Source of the DNA: a virus
Lineage: Duplodnaviria > Heunggongvirae > Uroviricota > Caudoviricetes
Reading direction: 5' to 3' (one strand)
DNA: 42,791 bases
IMG/VR virus record: IMGVR_UViG_2537562189_000008
Coordinates: 1-42,791 of that record
The notes below the pieces were generated by a model, which saw nothing but the letters and a program-made list of their open reading frames with translations, searched no databases and was not told where the DNA came from. Positions 31,113 through 39,872 of the stretch are shown one piece after another (positions within the stretch are counted from its first letter, which is position 1; every line of letters starts with the position of its first letter). The position numbers and the translations under genes are program-made.

Positions 31113-31986
31113 GAACTTTCAGGTAGGTATTGTCGTTAAGCAGGAAATCAAATCCCTTTTTGTGCCAGACGGTTCCGCGTTGATGGTTTGGGCGCTCTTC
31201 GAACATCCATCGGCAATTTTCGCCTACGTAGCTCAAATAATTTCTCCAGTCCTGCATCGTGAACCCATGCCCGTCAAGTTGGCGTGTTATTACTCCGGCT
31301 TTGCGCCAGAACGTTCGGATCTGGTTTTTACGCTTGTCATTCAGTGCGCGGATTCTTGGCGCTTCAGGAAGGATTTCGTGGTAAGCATCGACAACATCCT
31401 GACAGCTGACGGAAGGTTTTTTCTTGTCAGACTTTTTGTCTGCTGTGGCACTCTCTAATACGTCAGTATTAGAGATAATATTATTATATTCTTTATCTGT
31501 GGTAATTTGCTGGTAATCTACTGGTACAGTATTGCTTACAGGCATTGGTATTGCTGGCTTTGAGGTGGTAATTTGCTGGTAATCTGCTGGTACAAAACTT
31601 GACTGATAATCGTCATATTTCTCTACCGAGAAAACTGAGAATTTACCGTGTGAAACCCAGTCAATCATGCCGAGTTTTTTGAACTTTCTAAGCAGGTACT
31701 GAACGCGATCTGGTTTGAGTCCTGTTTCAAACGCCAGAGAGTTTCTACCGCCAAGTAGCTTCCCTCTGCCTACCATAATTTCTCCTGCGTCAGTCATTAC
31801 ATACTCAGGCGTATGCTTTGCTTTGAGGATTAAGTGAACCCACAGATGCGCAGCTTCTGCGTCCTTGTAAAACGGCACATCCATAATTTTACGGTGCAGC
31901 AAGGCATACCCCTTACCGCTGCTTTGATGCGGTTGTTGTAGCCTTCTGGCCTCTCTGGCTTCGGCTAGATTAGATATGTTACTCAT
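31087..31986 (-). CDS. Replication initiation protein (lambda O / P22 gene 18 functional analogue) containing internal origin iterons
   Basis: 299-aa ORF directly upstream of the helicase gene; internal DNA iterons encode repeated ...DYQQITT... peptides. Confidence 0.7.
   Translation of the reverse strand: MSNISNLAEAREARRLQQPHQSSGKGYALLHRKIMDVPFYKDAEAAHLWVHLILKAKHTPEYVMTDAGEIMVGRGKLLGGRNSLAFETGLKPDRVQYLLRKFKKLGMIDWVSHGKFSVFSVEKYDDYQSSFVPADYQQITTSKPAIPMPVSNTVPVDYQQITTDKEYNNIISNTDVLESATADKKSDKKKPSVSCQDVVDAYHEILPEAPRIRALNDKRKNQIRTFWRKAGVITRQLDGHGFTMQDWRNYLSYVGENCRWMFEERPNHQRGTVWHKKGFDFLLNDNTYLKVREGEHDDR
31500..31594. repeat. Putative replication origin iterons (two 29-bp direct repeats TGGTAATTTGCTGGTAATCT[A/G]CTGGTACA with 11-bp internal periodicity) next to an AT-rich tract
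   Basis: Direct repeats at 31500..31528 and 31566..31594; AT-rich stretch 31455..31499. Confidence 0.65.
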
Positions 31987-32125
31987 GACCTTTCTCCTTC
32001 TGCATCAGCTTCACCTTTTCCAACTCAGCCCGGAATCGACCAGGCTGCTTGAAGCTGGACAGGAAGCGATCACGTAGTATGTGTTTGTGAATTTTGTCCT
32101 GGTAAGGACTGAGTTGTTTTGTCAT
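31979..32125 (-). CDS. Small protein between cII and the initiator gene (48 aa; P22 orf48-position)
   Basis: Own translation [48 protein letters not shown]; AGGAG 5 nt upstream of ATG; stop overlaps initiator start. Confidence 0.55.
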   Translation of the reverse strand: MTKQLSPYQDKIHKHILRDRFLSSFKQPGRFRAELEKVKLMQKEKGHE

Positions 32126-32157
32126 AATGACTCCTGTGGATTGATCCAGTAATTCCC

Positions 32158-32451
32158 TCAGAATTCCATCTGGATTTGTTCAGAACGCTCGGTTGCCGCC
32201 GGGCGTTTTTTATTGGTGAGAATCGAAGCAACTTGTCGTGCCAATCGAGCCATGTCGTCGTCAACGACGCCCCATTCAAGAACAGCAAGCAGCATTGAGA
32301 ACTTTGGAATCCAATCCCTCTTCCACCTGCTGATCTGCGACTTATCAACTCCCACAGCTTCCGCTGTCTTCTCAGTTCCAAGCATTGCGATTTTGTTAAG
32401 CAACGCACTCTCGATTCGTAGAGCCTCGTTGCGTTTGTTTGCACGAACCAT
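32158..32451 (-). CDS. cII: Transcriptional activator CII
   Basis: 97-aa product [75 protein letters not shown]... matches lambda CII from memory; ORF track frame extends upstream to 32538. Confidence 0.9.
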   Translation of the reverse strand: MVRANKRNEALRIESALLNKIAMLGTEKTAEAVGVDKSQISRWKRDWIPKFSMLLAVLEWGVVDDDMARLARQVASILTNKKRPAATERSEQIQMEF

Positions 32452-32497
32452 ATGTAAGTATTTCCTTAACAAATAAGAAGTTATGCGCATCAACTTA

Positions 32498-32540
32498 TGC
32501 GCGTTGTATTCCCGCATTTCGGCGGGAATGAGGACCATGA
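32498..32540 (-). promoter_or_regulatory. nutR-like site: boxA (TGCTCTTTAACA) and boxB hairpin (CCCGCCGAAATGCGGG) between cro and cII, followed by a tR1-like hairpin (GCGCAT-AAGTTG-ATGCGC, about 32465..32499)
   Basis: boxA consensus-like sequence overlapping the cro stop; identical boxB hairpin also present at nutL. Confidence 0.65.
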
Positions 32541-32559
32541 CTGTTAAAGAGCAATTTGC

Positions 32560-32745
32560 TTATGCCGCTTTGCGGTAAGCGCTTTCTTGATACTTCAGGG
32601 CGCCAGCTGTAACGACTTCCAGTCGATAGGCGTCTTTCTCTGGGATGACTTCCTTCCACTGAGAGACTGCTGCGTCGCTAATGCCTAACGCTTTAGCTAC
32701 AGCACGCTGGGTTCCGAAGTGGTCGATAACATCTTTCTTGTACAT
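32560..32745 (-). CDS. cro: Cro repressor (P22-type)
   Basis: 61-aa product MYKKDVIDHFGTQRAVAKALGISDAAVSQWKEVIPEKDAYRLEVVTAGALKYQESAYRKAA matches P22 Cro from memory. Confidence 0.92.
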   Translation of the reverse strand: MYKKDVIDHFGTQRAVAKALGISDAAVSQWKEVIPEKDAYRLEVVTAGALKYQESAYRKAA

Positions 32746-32759
32746 AGACTCGCTCCGAA

Positions 32760-32825
32760 ATTAAAGAACACTTAAATTATCCACTAAAGGAATCTTAAGT
32801 CAAGTTTATTTAAGATGTCTTAACT
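32760..32825. promoter_or_regulatory. OR operator/promoter region (PR/PRM) between divergent cro and c2; 18-bp operator-like near-palindromes ATTAAAGAACACTTAAAT and ATTTAAGATGTCTTAACT plus a central CTTAAG-containing site
   Basis: Repeated TTAAG/CTTAA half-sites arranged as 18-bp imperfect palindromes in the 80-bp divergent intergenic region. Confidence 0.75.
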
Positions 32826-33476
32826 ATGAAAACTCAATTGATGGGAGAGCGCATTCGCGCTCGGAGAAAAGAACTCAAGATCAGGCAAGCCGCACTTGGA
32901 AAGATGGTCGGCGTGTCTAATGTTGCCATATCTCAGTGGGAACGCTCTGAGACAGAGCCAAATGGAGAGAATCTTCTTGCCCTGGCTAATGCGTTGAAGT
33001 GTTCCCCTGACTATCTGATGAAAGGAGAGGAAAGTCTTTCAAACATTGCCTATCACAGTAGGCATGATCCAAGAGGGTCATACCCTCTGATTAGCTGGGT
33101 GAGCGCAGGATGCTGGATGGAAGCTGTAGAACCATATCATAAGCGTGCAATAGATAACTGGTACGATACAACCGTAGACTGTTCAGAAGATTCGTTTTGG
33201 TTGGACGTGAAGGGAGACTCAATGACGGCTCCGGCCGGTCTCAGTATCCCTGAAGGAATGATAATACTCGTCGATCCTGAAGTAGAGCCGCGTAACGGGA
33301 AACTGGTAGTTGCAAAGCTCGAAGGAGAAAACGAGGCAACTTTCAAGAAGTTAGTTATTGATGCAGGCAGGAAGTTTCTAAAACCACTTAACCCACAATA
33401 TCCGATGATCGAGATCAACGGAAACTGCAAAATCATCGGCGTAGTTGTCGATGCAAAACTAGCAAACCTTCCATAA
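32826..33476 (+). CDS. c2: Prophage repressor C2 (LexA/S24 peptidase-type, autocleavable)
   Basis: 216-aa product; N-terminal HTH (IRQAALGKMVGVSNVAISQWERS), C-terminal S24 motifs (GDSM, K in VVAKLEGENEATFKKL); matches P22 C2 from memory. Confidence 0.92.
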   Translation: MKTQLMGERIRARRKELKIRQAALGKMVGVSNVAISQWERSETEPNGENLLALANALKCSPDYLMKGEESLSNIAYHSRHDPRGSYPLISWVSAGCWMEAVEPYHKRAIDNWYDTTVDCSEDSFWLDVKGDSMTAPAGLSIPEGMIILVDPEVEPRNGKLVVAKLEGENEATFKKLVIDAGRKFLKPLNPQYPMIEINGNCKIIGVVVDAKLANLP

Positions 33477-33477
33477 G

Positions 33478-33500
33478 GGGGCATTCGCCCCTTTTTTTTA
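33478..33500 (+). terminator. Rho-independent terminator after c2
   Basis: GGGGC-ATTC-GCCCC hairpin followed by TTTTTTTT immediately after the c2 stop. Confidence 0.75.
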
Positions 33501-33540
33501 TTTCCTTTAAAAATCAAAGCCAAACTTAAGTTACGAAAGA

Positions 33541-33596
33541 AAATTTAAGTTTTCTTCAAAAATACTCTTGACCATTAATTAAAGAGATCTTAAATT
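33541..33596 (+). promoter_or_regulatory. pL promoter with OL operator sites
   Basis: TTGACC (33568..33573), 17-bp spacer, TAAATT (33591..33596); operator-like palindrome ATTAAAGAGATCTTAAAT (33578..33595) and additional ATTTAAG half-sites upstream. Confidence 0.65.
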
Positions 33597-33641
33597 TAAG
33601 CCATCAGCAGGACGCTGGTAGCCAAACGGAACAGATTGGCA

Positions 33642-33682
33642 GGCTCTTTAACATTGATGGGATTGTCCCGCCGAAATGCGGG
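33642..33682 (+). promoter_or_regulatory. nutL-like site (boxA GGCTCTTTAACA; boxB hairpin CCCGCCGAAATGCGGG)
   Basis: Same boxA/boxB pair as at nutR, located between pL and the N-like gene. Confidence 0.65.
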
Positions 33683-33790
33683 AACCAAAGAGTAGTTGGC
33701 TTTGGGGTGACGTGAAGTGCAGCTGCACGACGGCAACCGGAAGATAAGCACCCGGCGCGTCACCGCCAAAGTCAATCATCGGAGGTCAAC

Positions 33791-34063
33791 ATGACAGTAG
33801 TCATTACATATCTGGCTGACGATAACGCCAGAAATCGCCGCAGAGCACGCAGACAGGCTCAACGTGAACAGGCAATGCAAGAACAGCGACTGGCGCGAAA
33901 AATTGAGCTAAAGCTCTCTGGTTGCGTCAGAGCAGATAAAGCAGCATCACTCGGAAGCATTCGCTGCAAGAAGGCAGATGAATGCAGTGGAAGTATTTGC
34001 CTGCCAAACGTAGCCATTTACGCGGCAGGCTACCGGAAATCAAAACAACTGACGGCGAGGTAA
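33791..34063 (+). CDS. N-like transcription antiterminator (arginine-rich motif)
   Basis: 90-aa ORF first in the pL operon; arginine-rich motif NARNRRRARRQAQREQ near N-terminus; GGAGG 5 nt upstream of ATG. Confidence 0.7.
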   Translation: MTVVITYLADDNARNRRRARRQAQREQAMQEQRLARKIELKLSGCVRADKAASLGSIRCKKADECSGSICLPNVAIYAAGYRKSKQLTAR

Positions 34064-34065
34064 TT

Positions 34066-34458
34066 ATGGGTCAGGAAGAAAAATATGAGCTTAAAAAGCT
34101 CATTGGAGAAGACGCTATAGAAGAAATTGCAGCATTAACAACAGCTATAAAGAATATTAGGTATGCGCTAAATACGCTTATCTCCTCATGCGACAAAAAT
34201 AGCAGGGAATTTTTGATACTTGGCGCAGCTCTAGGAATAGTTGATGCGGCAACGCTTCACCTAATTACTCATGACGATATTCTTATTGAGCCGTATGAAA
34301 CATTACTGCTTGTCAGGCAAAAAATGGATGATGCCGCAGCAAATGGAGACCTTCAACTTTACATCGACTTAAGGAAAGTATTAAGGCGAATGGTCAAAAC
34401 TGAAGGAGATATCCCCCTGAGCGATGCTAAACAAGGAATACAAGCAAAGCTGGAATGA
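34066..34458 (+). CDS. Hypothetical protein (130 aa), AT-rich early-left accessory gene at the ral/sieB-equivalent position
   Basis: ORF track 33982..34458; ATG at 34066 follows N stop with GAGG upstream; no TM segments or recognisable motifs; low GC. Confidence 0.55.
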   Translation: MGQEEKYELKKLIGEDAIEEIAALTTAIKNIRYALNTLISSCDKNSREFLILGAALGIVDAATLHLITHDDILIEPYETLLLVRQKMDDAAANGDLQLYIDLRKVLRRMVKTEGDIPLSDAKQGIQAKLE

Positions 34459-34774
34459 CCATTATCCTGATGAAGTATCGAAAGCACAGTCAGCAATTAG
34501 CAAAGCTCTTGGGGAAGAATGATGAATAGGAAATACATTGTTGAATGTTATAGAGCGAGAAACAAAAGAAGTAATTAAACATTTCGAATTTGATAATTAT
34601 AGAAAAGCTGACCGCGTCGAAGAAGGATTGTTGCGACAAAGTAATCTCGAAAAATTTGATGTTGTCATGCGATGCGAATAAGCGCCTATAGCAGATTTGC
34701 GAGTTTGCTATGTGAGCAATGTCGCTCGTAACTAAACAGGAGCCGACTTGTTCTGATTATTGGAAATCTTCTTT

Positions 34775-34801
34775 GCCCTCCAGTGTGAGGGCAATTTTTT
34801 T
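34775..34801 (+). terminator. Rho-independent terminator (tL-like) just upstream of the coiled-coil protein gene
   Basis: GCCCTC-CAGTGT-GAGGGC hairpin followed by AATTTTTTTT. Confidence 0.7.
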
Positions 34802-34813
34802 GACGGAGGATAT

Positions 34814-35782
34814 ATGAGTGAAGTAACAGATTTAGTTGTTATTGAAAAAGCAAATGCAATGACTGTATTTCAGTCTGCCGACCAGATTGAAGAAATCCTT
34901 CAAAAGGTTGAACGTGAAGTTATGTCCTTTGTGCCTGATATCGCAACGGCAAAGGGCAGAAAGGAGATCGCTTCTCTGGCGTATAAAGTTGCGCAGACGA
35001 AAACATATCTCGATGGTCTTGGCAAAGACCTTGTTGCTGAACTGAAGGAAATTCCAAAGCTAATTGATGCCAACCGCAAGACAGTGCGTGATCGCCTTGA
35101 TGAGCTGAAAGCCAAGGTACGCCAGCCTCTTACTGATTATGAGGAAGAACAGGCGCGGATTAAAGCCGAAGAAGAAGCTAAGGCAGCAGCTGAAGCTCTC
35201 GCAAAGCAAATTGAGTCTGACCATGAAATAGCGATTTTGATGGATCGCGAATTTGACCGCCAAAGAGAAGAGGCAAGACTCAAAGCGGAGCAGGAAAAGC
35301 GAGAGCATGAAGAACGCTTAAAAAGAGAAGCTGAAGAGAAAGCCAGAGCAGAAGCCGAAGCAAAGGCAAAAGCCGAAATTGAAGCAGCAGCAAGGCGAGA
35401 AGCAGAAGCTAAGGCCGCAGCGGAACGTGCAGAGCGTGAACGCATTGAAGCCGAGCAACGAGCACAGCGCGAAGCAAAAGAGGCAGCAGAACGAGCTGAA
35501 AGAGAAAAGCAGGCAGCAATTGAAGCAGAACGCAGAAAAGCACAGGAGGAGGCTGAACGAATCCGTCGTGAGGCTGAAGCAAAAGAGCAAGCCAGAATAG
35601 CAGAAGAAAAAAGAATCAAGGACGAAGAAGAGCGTAGAGCAAAGGATAAAGCTCACCGGAAAGAAGTAAATAACAAAATACTTGCTGACCTTATCAAGGT
35701 TGGCGCATCAGAAGATGTTGCTAAAAATATCATAACAGCCATCGTAAAAGGCGAAGTATTCGCAACAAAAATAACCTACTAA
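34814..35782 (+). CDS. Hypothetical protein with long charged Ala/Glu/Lys/Arg coiled-coil core
   Basis: ORF track 34760..35782; GGAGG upstream of ATG at 34814; about 150 residues of AEAK/ERER low-complexity helix flanked by globular termini. Confidence 0.6.
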   Translation: MSEVTDLVVIEKANAMTVFQSADQIEEILQKVEREVMSFVPDIATAKGRKEIASLAYKVAQTKTYLDGLGKDLVAELKEIPKLIDANRKTVRDRLDELKAKVRQPLTDYEEEQARIKAEEEAKAAAEALAKQIESDHEIAILMDREFDRQREEARLKAEQEKREHEERLKREAEEKARAEAEAKAKAEIEAAARREAEAKAAAERAERERIEAEQRAQREAKEAAERAEREKQAAIEAERRKAQEEAERIRREAEAKEQARIAEEKRIKDEEERRAKDKAHRKEVNNKILADLIKVGASEDVAKNIITAIVKGEVFATKITY

Positions 35783-35806
35783 TAAAACCAACATAAGGAA
35801 CCACCC

Positions 35807-35938
35807 ATGATTTACGCAATCGCGGGAGGCGCTCGCATGGGTGCCTTCCAATTAAATGAATCTTTACTTGAACGAATCACCCGTAAATTACGTGACGGAT
35901 GGAAAAGAGTTGAGGTCTTATTATGCGCAATGAAATAG
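35807..35938 (+). CDS. cIII: CIII-like protease (FtsH) inhibitor (43 aa)
   Basis: Own translation MIYAIAGGARMGAFQLNESLLERITRKLRDGWKRVEVLLCAMK; core ESLLERITRKLRDGWKR matches recalled lambda CIII; AAGGA upstream. Confidence 0.65.
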   Translation: MIYAIAGGARMGAFQLNESLLERITRKLRDGWKRVEVLLCAMK

Positions 35939-36075
35939 CCATCAATCACCAGATGCTTCGTGCTGCACAGAACAAAGCAGTAATAGCCAGATTTATTGGT
36001 GATTCCAAAATGTGGCTTGAAGCAAATAAAGCGATGAAATCAGCTATCAATCTTCCGTGGTATCGCAGGAAATGA
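35923..36075 (+). CDS. Kil-like small protein (50 aa)
   Basis: Own translation MRNEIAINHQMLRAAQNKAVIARFIGDSKMWLEANKAMKSAINLPWYRRK; GAGG upstream; position after cIII as in lambda/P22. Confidence 0.5.
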   Translation: MRNEIAINHQMLRAAQNKAVIARFIGDSKMWLEANKAMKSAINLPWYRRK

Positions 36076-36242
36076 GTTTTACAGATAACTGGTCAGACGA
36101 AGAATTCATTCGTCAGATGAAAGAATTAATCGGTAACGAAGGAGATATTCATGTCACTTGCAACCACAGTGAAGGAGAGCAAGTTACAGAGACGCATGTA
36201 CACGCAGCAGGCGTTAATGTATCGCCAGAAGGGAGATCGTGA
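36072..36242 (+). CDS. Small hypothetical protein (56 aa), arf-position
   Basis: ATG overlaps preceding stop (ATGA); product MSFTDNWSDEEFIRQMKELIGNEGDIHVTCNH... Confidence 0.4.
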   Translation: MSFTDNWSDEEFIRQMKELIGNEGDIHVTCNHSEGEQVTETHVHAAGVNVSPEGRS

Positions 36243-36331
36243 AGGTGTTCGCGTATTTTTAAATGCGGCAAAGACTGAAGTATTAAATCAGCGTTATTTC
36301 CTTGGGCCATGTCCATTCTGAGAACAATCAT

Positions 36332-36937
36332 ATGAGCAAAGAATTTTACGCAAGACTGGCAGCCATTCAGGAGAATCTGAACGCGCCAAAGAATCAGTAC
36401 AACTCATTCGGAAAATATAAATACAGAAGCTGCGAAGACATTCTTGAAGGCGTTAAGCCGCTACTGAATGGCCTGTTTTTATCAATCAGCGATGAAGTTG
36501 TGTTGATTGGTGATCGGTATTACGTGAAAGCCACGGCAACTATTACCGATGGCGAAAACAGTCATACGGCAACCGCCCTTGCACGAGAGGAAGAAAGCAA
36601 GAAAGGAATGGATTCTGCACAAGTTACTGGAGCTACAAGCTCTTATGCACGCAAGTATTGCCTCAATGGTTTGTTCGGCATAGATGATGCGAAAGATGCA
36701 GATACAGACGAGCATAAACATCAGCAGAACGCAGCAGCAAAGCAATCAAAGCCATCACCTACACCTGAACAGGTTTTAAAGGCATTCACTGACGCAGCAA
36801 TGCAGAAAAACACCGTAGAAGAGCTTAAACAGGCGTTCGCCAAAGCGTGGAAGATGCTCGAAGGCACACCTGAGCAGCACAAAGCGCAGGACGTTTACAA
36901 CATCAGACGAGACGAATTAGAAGGAGCGGCTGCTTAA
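36332..36937 (+). CDS. erf: Erf, essential recombination function (ssDNA annealing protein)
   Basis: Product MSKEFYARLAAIQENLNAPKNQYNSFGKYKYRSCEDILEGVKPLL... matches P22 Erf from memory; ORF track frame begins at 36302. Confidence 0.88.
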   Translation: MSKEFYARLAAIQENLNAPKNQYNSFGKYKYRSCEDILEGVKPLLNGLFLSISDEVVLIGDRYYVKATATITDGENSHTATALAREEESKKGMDSAQVTGATSSYARKYCLNGLFGIDDAKDADTDEHKHQQNAAAKQSKPSPTPEQVLKAFTDAAMQKNTVEELKQAFAKAWKMLEGTPEQHKAQDVYNIRRDELEGAAA

Positions 36938-37320
36938 TGGCACATTCGATTACTGTAAGACTAAACAAGCCCGCAAGAGAGTTTCAGGCCGGGGAAAATA
37001 TCGGATTCAACATCCGTGCTGGCGTTCAGTATTACGATCGCCAGACAAAAAAGAAAGAATGGACAAACTACAGCGCCGTTGTATTTGCCAAGCCGGGAGC
37101 GCAAGCGGATTACTACCGTAGTGTTCTTGTTGAAGGTGGCATTGTGGAAATTACCGGAGAAAACATCAGGGTTGATGTTTATCAGGGGCAAAATGGTCAA
37201 TCAATCACTCTTGAATTACTGAATGCAAAGATTGGATTTGCAACTTCAGGAAACAGCCAACAGCAGCAAAGTAGCAATCATCAAAATAATCCTGAATACG
37301 ACGATTCAATTCCCTTCTAA
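36937..37320 (+). CDS. ssb: Single-stranded DNA-binding protein (short phage SSB)
   Basis: 127-aa ORF with OB-fold-like N-terminus and the characteristic acidic C-terminal tail ...EYDDSIPF. Confidence 0.75.
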   Translation: MAHSITVRLNKPAREFQAGENIGFNIRAGVQYYDRQTKKKEWTNYSAVVFAKPGAQADYYRSVLVEGGIVEITGENIRVDVYQGQNGQSITLELLNAKIGFATSGNSQQQQSSNHQNNPEYDDSIPF

Positions 37321-37343
37321 ATTAGCAAAATAAGGATTCCATT

Positions 37344-37637
37344 ATGCCAGCGCCTCTGTATGGTGCGGATGACCCGCGCCGCTGTTCCGGCAATTCCGTA
37401 TCGGAGGTGCTGGATAAATTCAGAAAAAACTACGACCTGATAATGTCGCTACCGCAGGAAACGAAAGAGGAAAAGGAATTTCGCCATTGTATATGGCTTG
37501 CAGAGAAAGAAGAACGCGAGCGAATTTACCAGACATCAATCCGACCATTCCGCAAAGCCACATATACCCACTTCCCTGAAATTGACCCGCGCCTGCGTAA
37601 TTACCGCTCACGCTATGGCGCTATCAGTAATGACTGA
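37344..37637 (+). CDS. Hypothetical early protein (97 aa), possibly Abc2-like anti-RecBCD by position
   Basis: Position after erf/ssb and size match P22 abc2; sequence identity not verifiable from memory. Confidence 0.45.
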   Translation: MPAPLYGADDPRRCSGNSVSEVLDKFRKNYDLIMSLPQETKEEKEFRHCIWLAEKEERERIYQTSIRPFRKATYTHFPEIDPRLRNYRSRYGAISND

Positions 37638-37647
37638 GGAATTTACC

Positions 37648-37812
37648 ATGAGAGGACTTGCATACAATCCCGGCATTCTTCCGGCAGAAATGATTATTCG
37701 CCAACGCGTAAAGCCAATGCCATCGAGAGAGGAATTGCTTAAGAGAAATTCTTTTCCGTCAGTAAATCAAAACAAATATCTGAATGCGATGTTGCGGAGT
37801 GGGAAGAAATGA
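37648..37812 (+). CDS. Small hypothetical protein (54 aa)
   Basis: ATG with GAGGA 7 nt upstream; ORF track lists longer overlapping frame 37498..37812. Confidence 0.4.
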   Translation: MRGLAYNPGILPAEMIIRQRVKPMPSREELLKRNSFPSVNQNKYLNAMLRSGKK

Positions 37813-38249
37813 AACAAATGTCACTAATTGAGATGGATGGTTTTCTGAAAGGTAAATGCATCCCAAGTGATTTAAAGGTTAACGAAACAAACGCTGAATA
37901 TCTTGTCCGTAAGTTCGGTGAACTTGAATCAAAACTAGAAACGGCGTTGCTGGAGTGTCGTTCTGCTGGAATCACGATTGATAACCTTGAGGCTAAATGC
38001 GCGAAGATGGCTGCTGAAAATACCTCACTTAAGCAATCTGAGAAGGAATTTAATGACTTTTGTCGTGAGGAGTTTAGCGAATGGGAAGATGATGTTACTG
38101 AAACCCCAGCCACCGACGCTTTCCTAGCTGAAGTTCGAGCGCAGGGTGTAGATATGGCAGCTTGCGCCCTTGATAACGTAAACCAGTTCAATTACGCAAA
38201 CATGCTCGATGATTTAGCGCAGAAGATTCGCAAAGGAGTGCAGTCATGA
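37809..38249 (+). CDS. Hypothetical early protein (146 aa)
   Basis: ORF with overlapping stop/start coupling to neighbours in the early-left operon. Confidence 0.55.
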   Translation: MKQMSLIEMDGFLKGKCIPSDLKVNETNAEYLVRKFGELESKLETALLECRSAGITIDNLEAKCAKMAAENTSLKQSEKEFNDFCREEFSEWEDDVTETPATDAFLAEVRAQGVDMAACALDNVNQFNYANMLDDLAQKIRKGVQS

Positions 38250-38431
38250 AAAACCGTAAAGCCAAAATCATCGTTCTTCGCGCTCTGAAAAACTGCTACC
38301 CGCGCCAATGGCTGAATGTAAGCAATCGACGCATGGTTCTCTTCACGCTAGGTGGTGTTAGCCGTGAAGGGCATCAATTCAAAAACAGCGCAGCACAGAA
38401 TCGCTGGAAGAATCATGCGAGGTTCCAATGA
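38246..38431 (+). CDS. Small basic hypothetical protein (61 aa)
   Basis: Translationally coupled ORF (ATGA overlaps on both sides). Confidence 0.45.
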   Translation: MKNRKAKIIVLRALKNCYPRQWLNVSNRRMVLFTLGGVSREGHQFKNSAAQNRWKNHARFQ

Positions 38432-38541
38432 GCAATATCGACAAGCGGCCTCTACGTGACAAGCTGTCACCGTATGACACAGAAGAGATGCTTGAGGCTA
38501 TGCGTATTTTTCTGGAAGAACAGGGAGGTGAGCAAAAATGA
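38428..38541 (+). CDS. Small hypothetical protein (37 aa)
   Basis: Own translation MSNIDKRPLRDKLSPYDTEEMLEAMRIFLEEQGGEQK; coupled starts/stops. Confidence 0.35.
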   Translation: MSNIDKRPLRDKLSPYDTEEMLEAMRIFLEEQGGEQK

Positions 38542-38855
38542 CGATCACAAAACAACGGGTAGAAGAAATCATATCCCGCATTGAAATGTATGGGCATGGC
38601 GCAGGGTATACCGCCGAAGAGGTTTATGACCTGGCTGTACTGGCGCTGAATTTATCAAATATCGCAAAACTCAAGCGATACGAGCTTGATATGGATGGTT
38701 GTGACTCGTTCGGTCAGGATTGTGGCGCTGACATGACTGAAGATTCTGATGGCGATTATGTCCTGTTTGATGACGTGGTTAAGTTGTTTGAGTTTGATAC
38801 AACCACTCAGAAGATAGAAAGCCCAGCAAAGGAGGCAACCAGTGAGCAAAATTGA
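38538..38855 (+). CDS. Hypothetical acidic early protein (105 aa)
   Basis: ORF in early-left operon with coupled start. Confidence 0.5.
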   Translation: MTITKQRVEEIISRIEMYGHGAGYTAEEVYDLAVLALNLSNIAKLKRYELDMDGCDSFGQDCGADMTEDSDGDYVLFDDVVKLFEFDTTTQKIESPAKEATSEQN

Positions 38856-39249
38856 CTATCAGGCACTGCGTGAGGCGGCAGAGAAAGCCGGTGAAGATAA
38901 GTGGCAGGCTAAAAAAATAAATGGTGATTTTTTCGTTATTCGTCACGGTAGTTATACAAGACAGCATGGCTACACATCGTATCAACCCATTGCGGAGATT
39001 GATTGTAAGCCAGTCCGGGATTTTGTTGCCAAGGCTAATCCGGCTACCGTGCTGGAATTACTGGATGAACTGGAAGCAGCAAAAAAGCGCATTGCAGAAC
39101 TGGAAGCGCGGGAAATACTGCTCCCGGAACGTAGCAGCATGCTTCATCGAACAGATTTTCACGATGATTACCAAACGGTAATGGCATACAAAGTTTCTGA
39201 GGTCATCGCTGCAATCCGCGCCGCTGGCATTCGCATCAAAGGAGAGTGA
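38842..39249 (+). CDS. Ead/Ea22-like protein
   Basis: Motif NPATVLELLDELEAAKKRIAELEARE typical of lambdoid Ead/Ea22 family. Confidence 0.6.
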   Translation: MSKIDYQALREAAEKAGEDKWQAKKINGDFFVIRHGSYTRQHGYTSYQPIAEIDCKPVRDFVAKANPATVLELLDELEAAKKRIAELEAREILLPERSSMLHRTDFHDDYQTVMAYKVSEVIAAIRAAGIRIKGE

Positions 39250-39250
39250 T

Positions 39251-39448
39251 ATGGATAAAAACACTACTGCTTACTGGAGTCTGTCACTTGATACCGAATG
39301 TCCCAAATGTGGTCACAATTTCGATCTGCTTTGTGATCCAGATTTCTGGGAGTTTTCTGGAGCTAAACAGGCATGTGAAGAAATAAAAGGTTACGAAACA
39401 TGCTGTCCAGAATGTAACCATGAATTTAAAACAGATTTTGTGTATTGA
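39251..39448 (+). CDS. Small zinc-ribbon protein (65 aa)
   Basis: Two CxxC pairs (CPKCG ... CCPECN). Confidence 0.55.
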   Translation: MDKNTTAYWSLSLDTECPKCGHNFDLLCDPDFWEFSGAKQACEEIKGYETCCPECNHEFKTDFVY

Positions 39449-39458
39449 GGCATAACAA

Positions 39459-39872
39459 ATGACCACTATTACCAGAGAAAACGCGGAGATTAAATCATTC
39501 ATCACTGGTTTCCTGAGCGACCCGGCGCACGATAACCAATCTTCAGACAGCCTGCTTGCCAATGTGTTTCGTATCGCACTGGCATCACTGGAAGCAGAGC
39601 CAGTGGCGTGGAAGGCAACCTTCACGCAAATTAACCATGAATGTAATACGTTCACCCTTATGAATTCTGACAAAGCAGAAATCGAACGGTGGGTGCGACT
39701 GCATAAAGTAGGTGATTTTCGGGCAGAAATAACACCGCTTTACGCAGCGCCGCCAGCGATGGTAGTGCCTGATGAAATGGATTTGCTTACCTGCCATCTC
39801 GACGGTGTAACTGAAACATATGCTGATGGCTGGAACGCCTGCCGCGCCACCATGCTTAAGGGAGATAAATAA
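39459..39872 (+). CDS. Hypothetical early protein (137 aa)
   Basis: ORF in early-left operon; no recognisable motif. Confidence 0.5.
   Translation: MTTITRENAEIKSFITGFLSDPAHDNQSSDSLLANVFRIALASLEAEPVAWKATFTQINHECNTFTLMNSDKAEIERWVRLHKVGDFRAEITPLYAAPPAMVVPDEMDLLTCHLDGVTETYADGWNACRATMLKGDK

Noticed and set aside
32070-32444. 124-aa ORF overlapping cII
   Set aside because: Alternative frame inside the well-supported cII gene; the space between cII and the initiator gene is better explained by the 48-codon ORF with a Shine-Dalgarno
35137-35656. Antisense ORFs (160 aa and 112 aa) inside the coiled-coil gene
   Set aside because: Ser/Ala/Cys/Phe-rich low-complexity translations produced by reading the complementary strand of a GAA/GCA-repetitive coding sequence; no start-site signals
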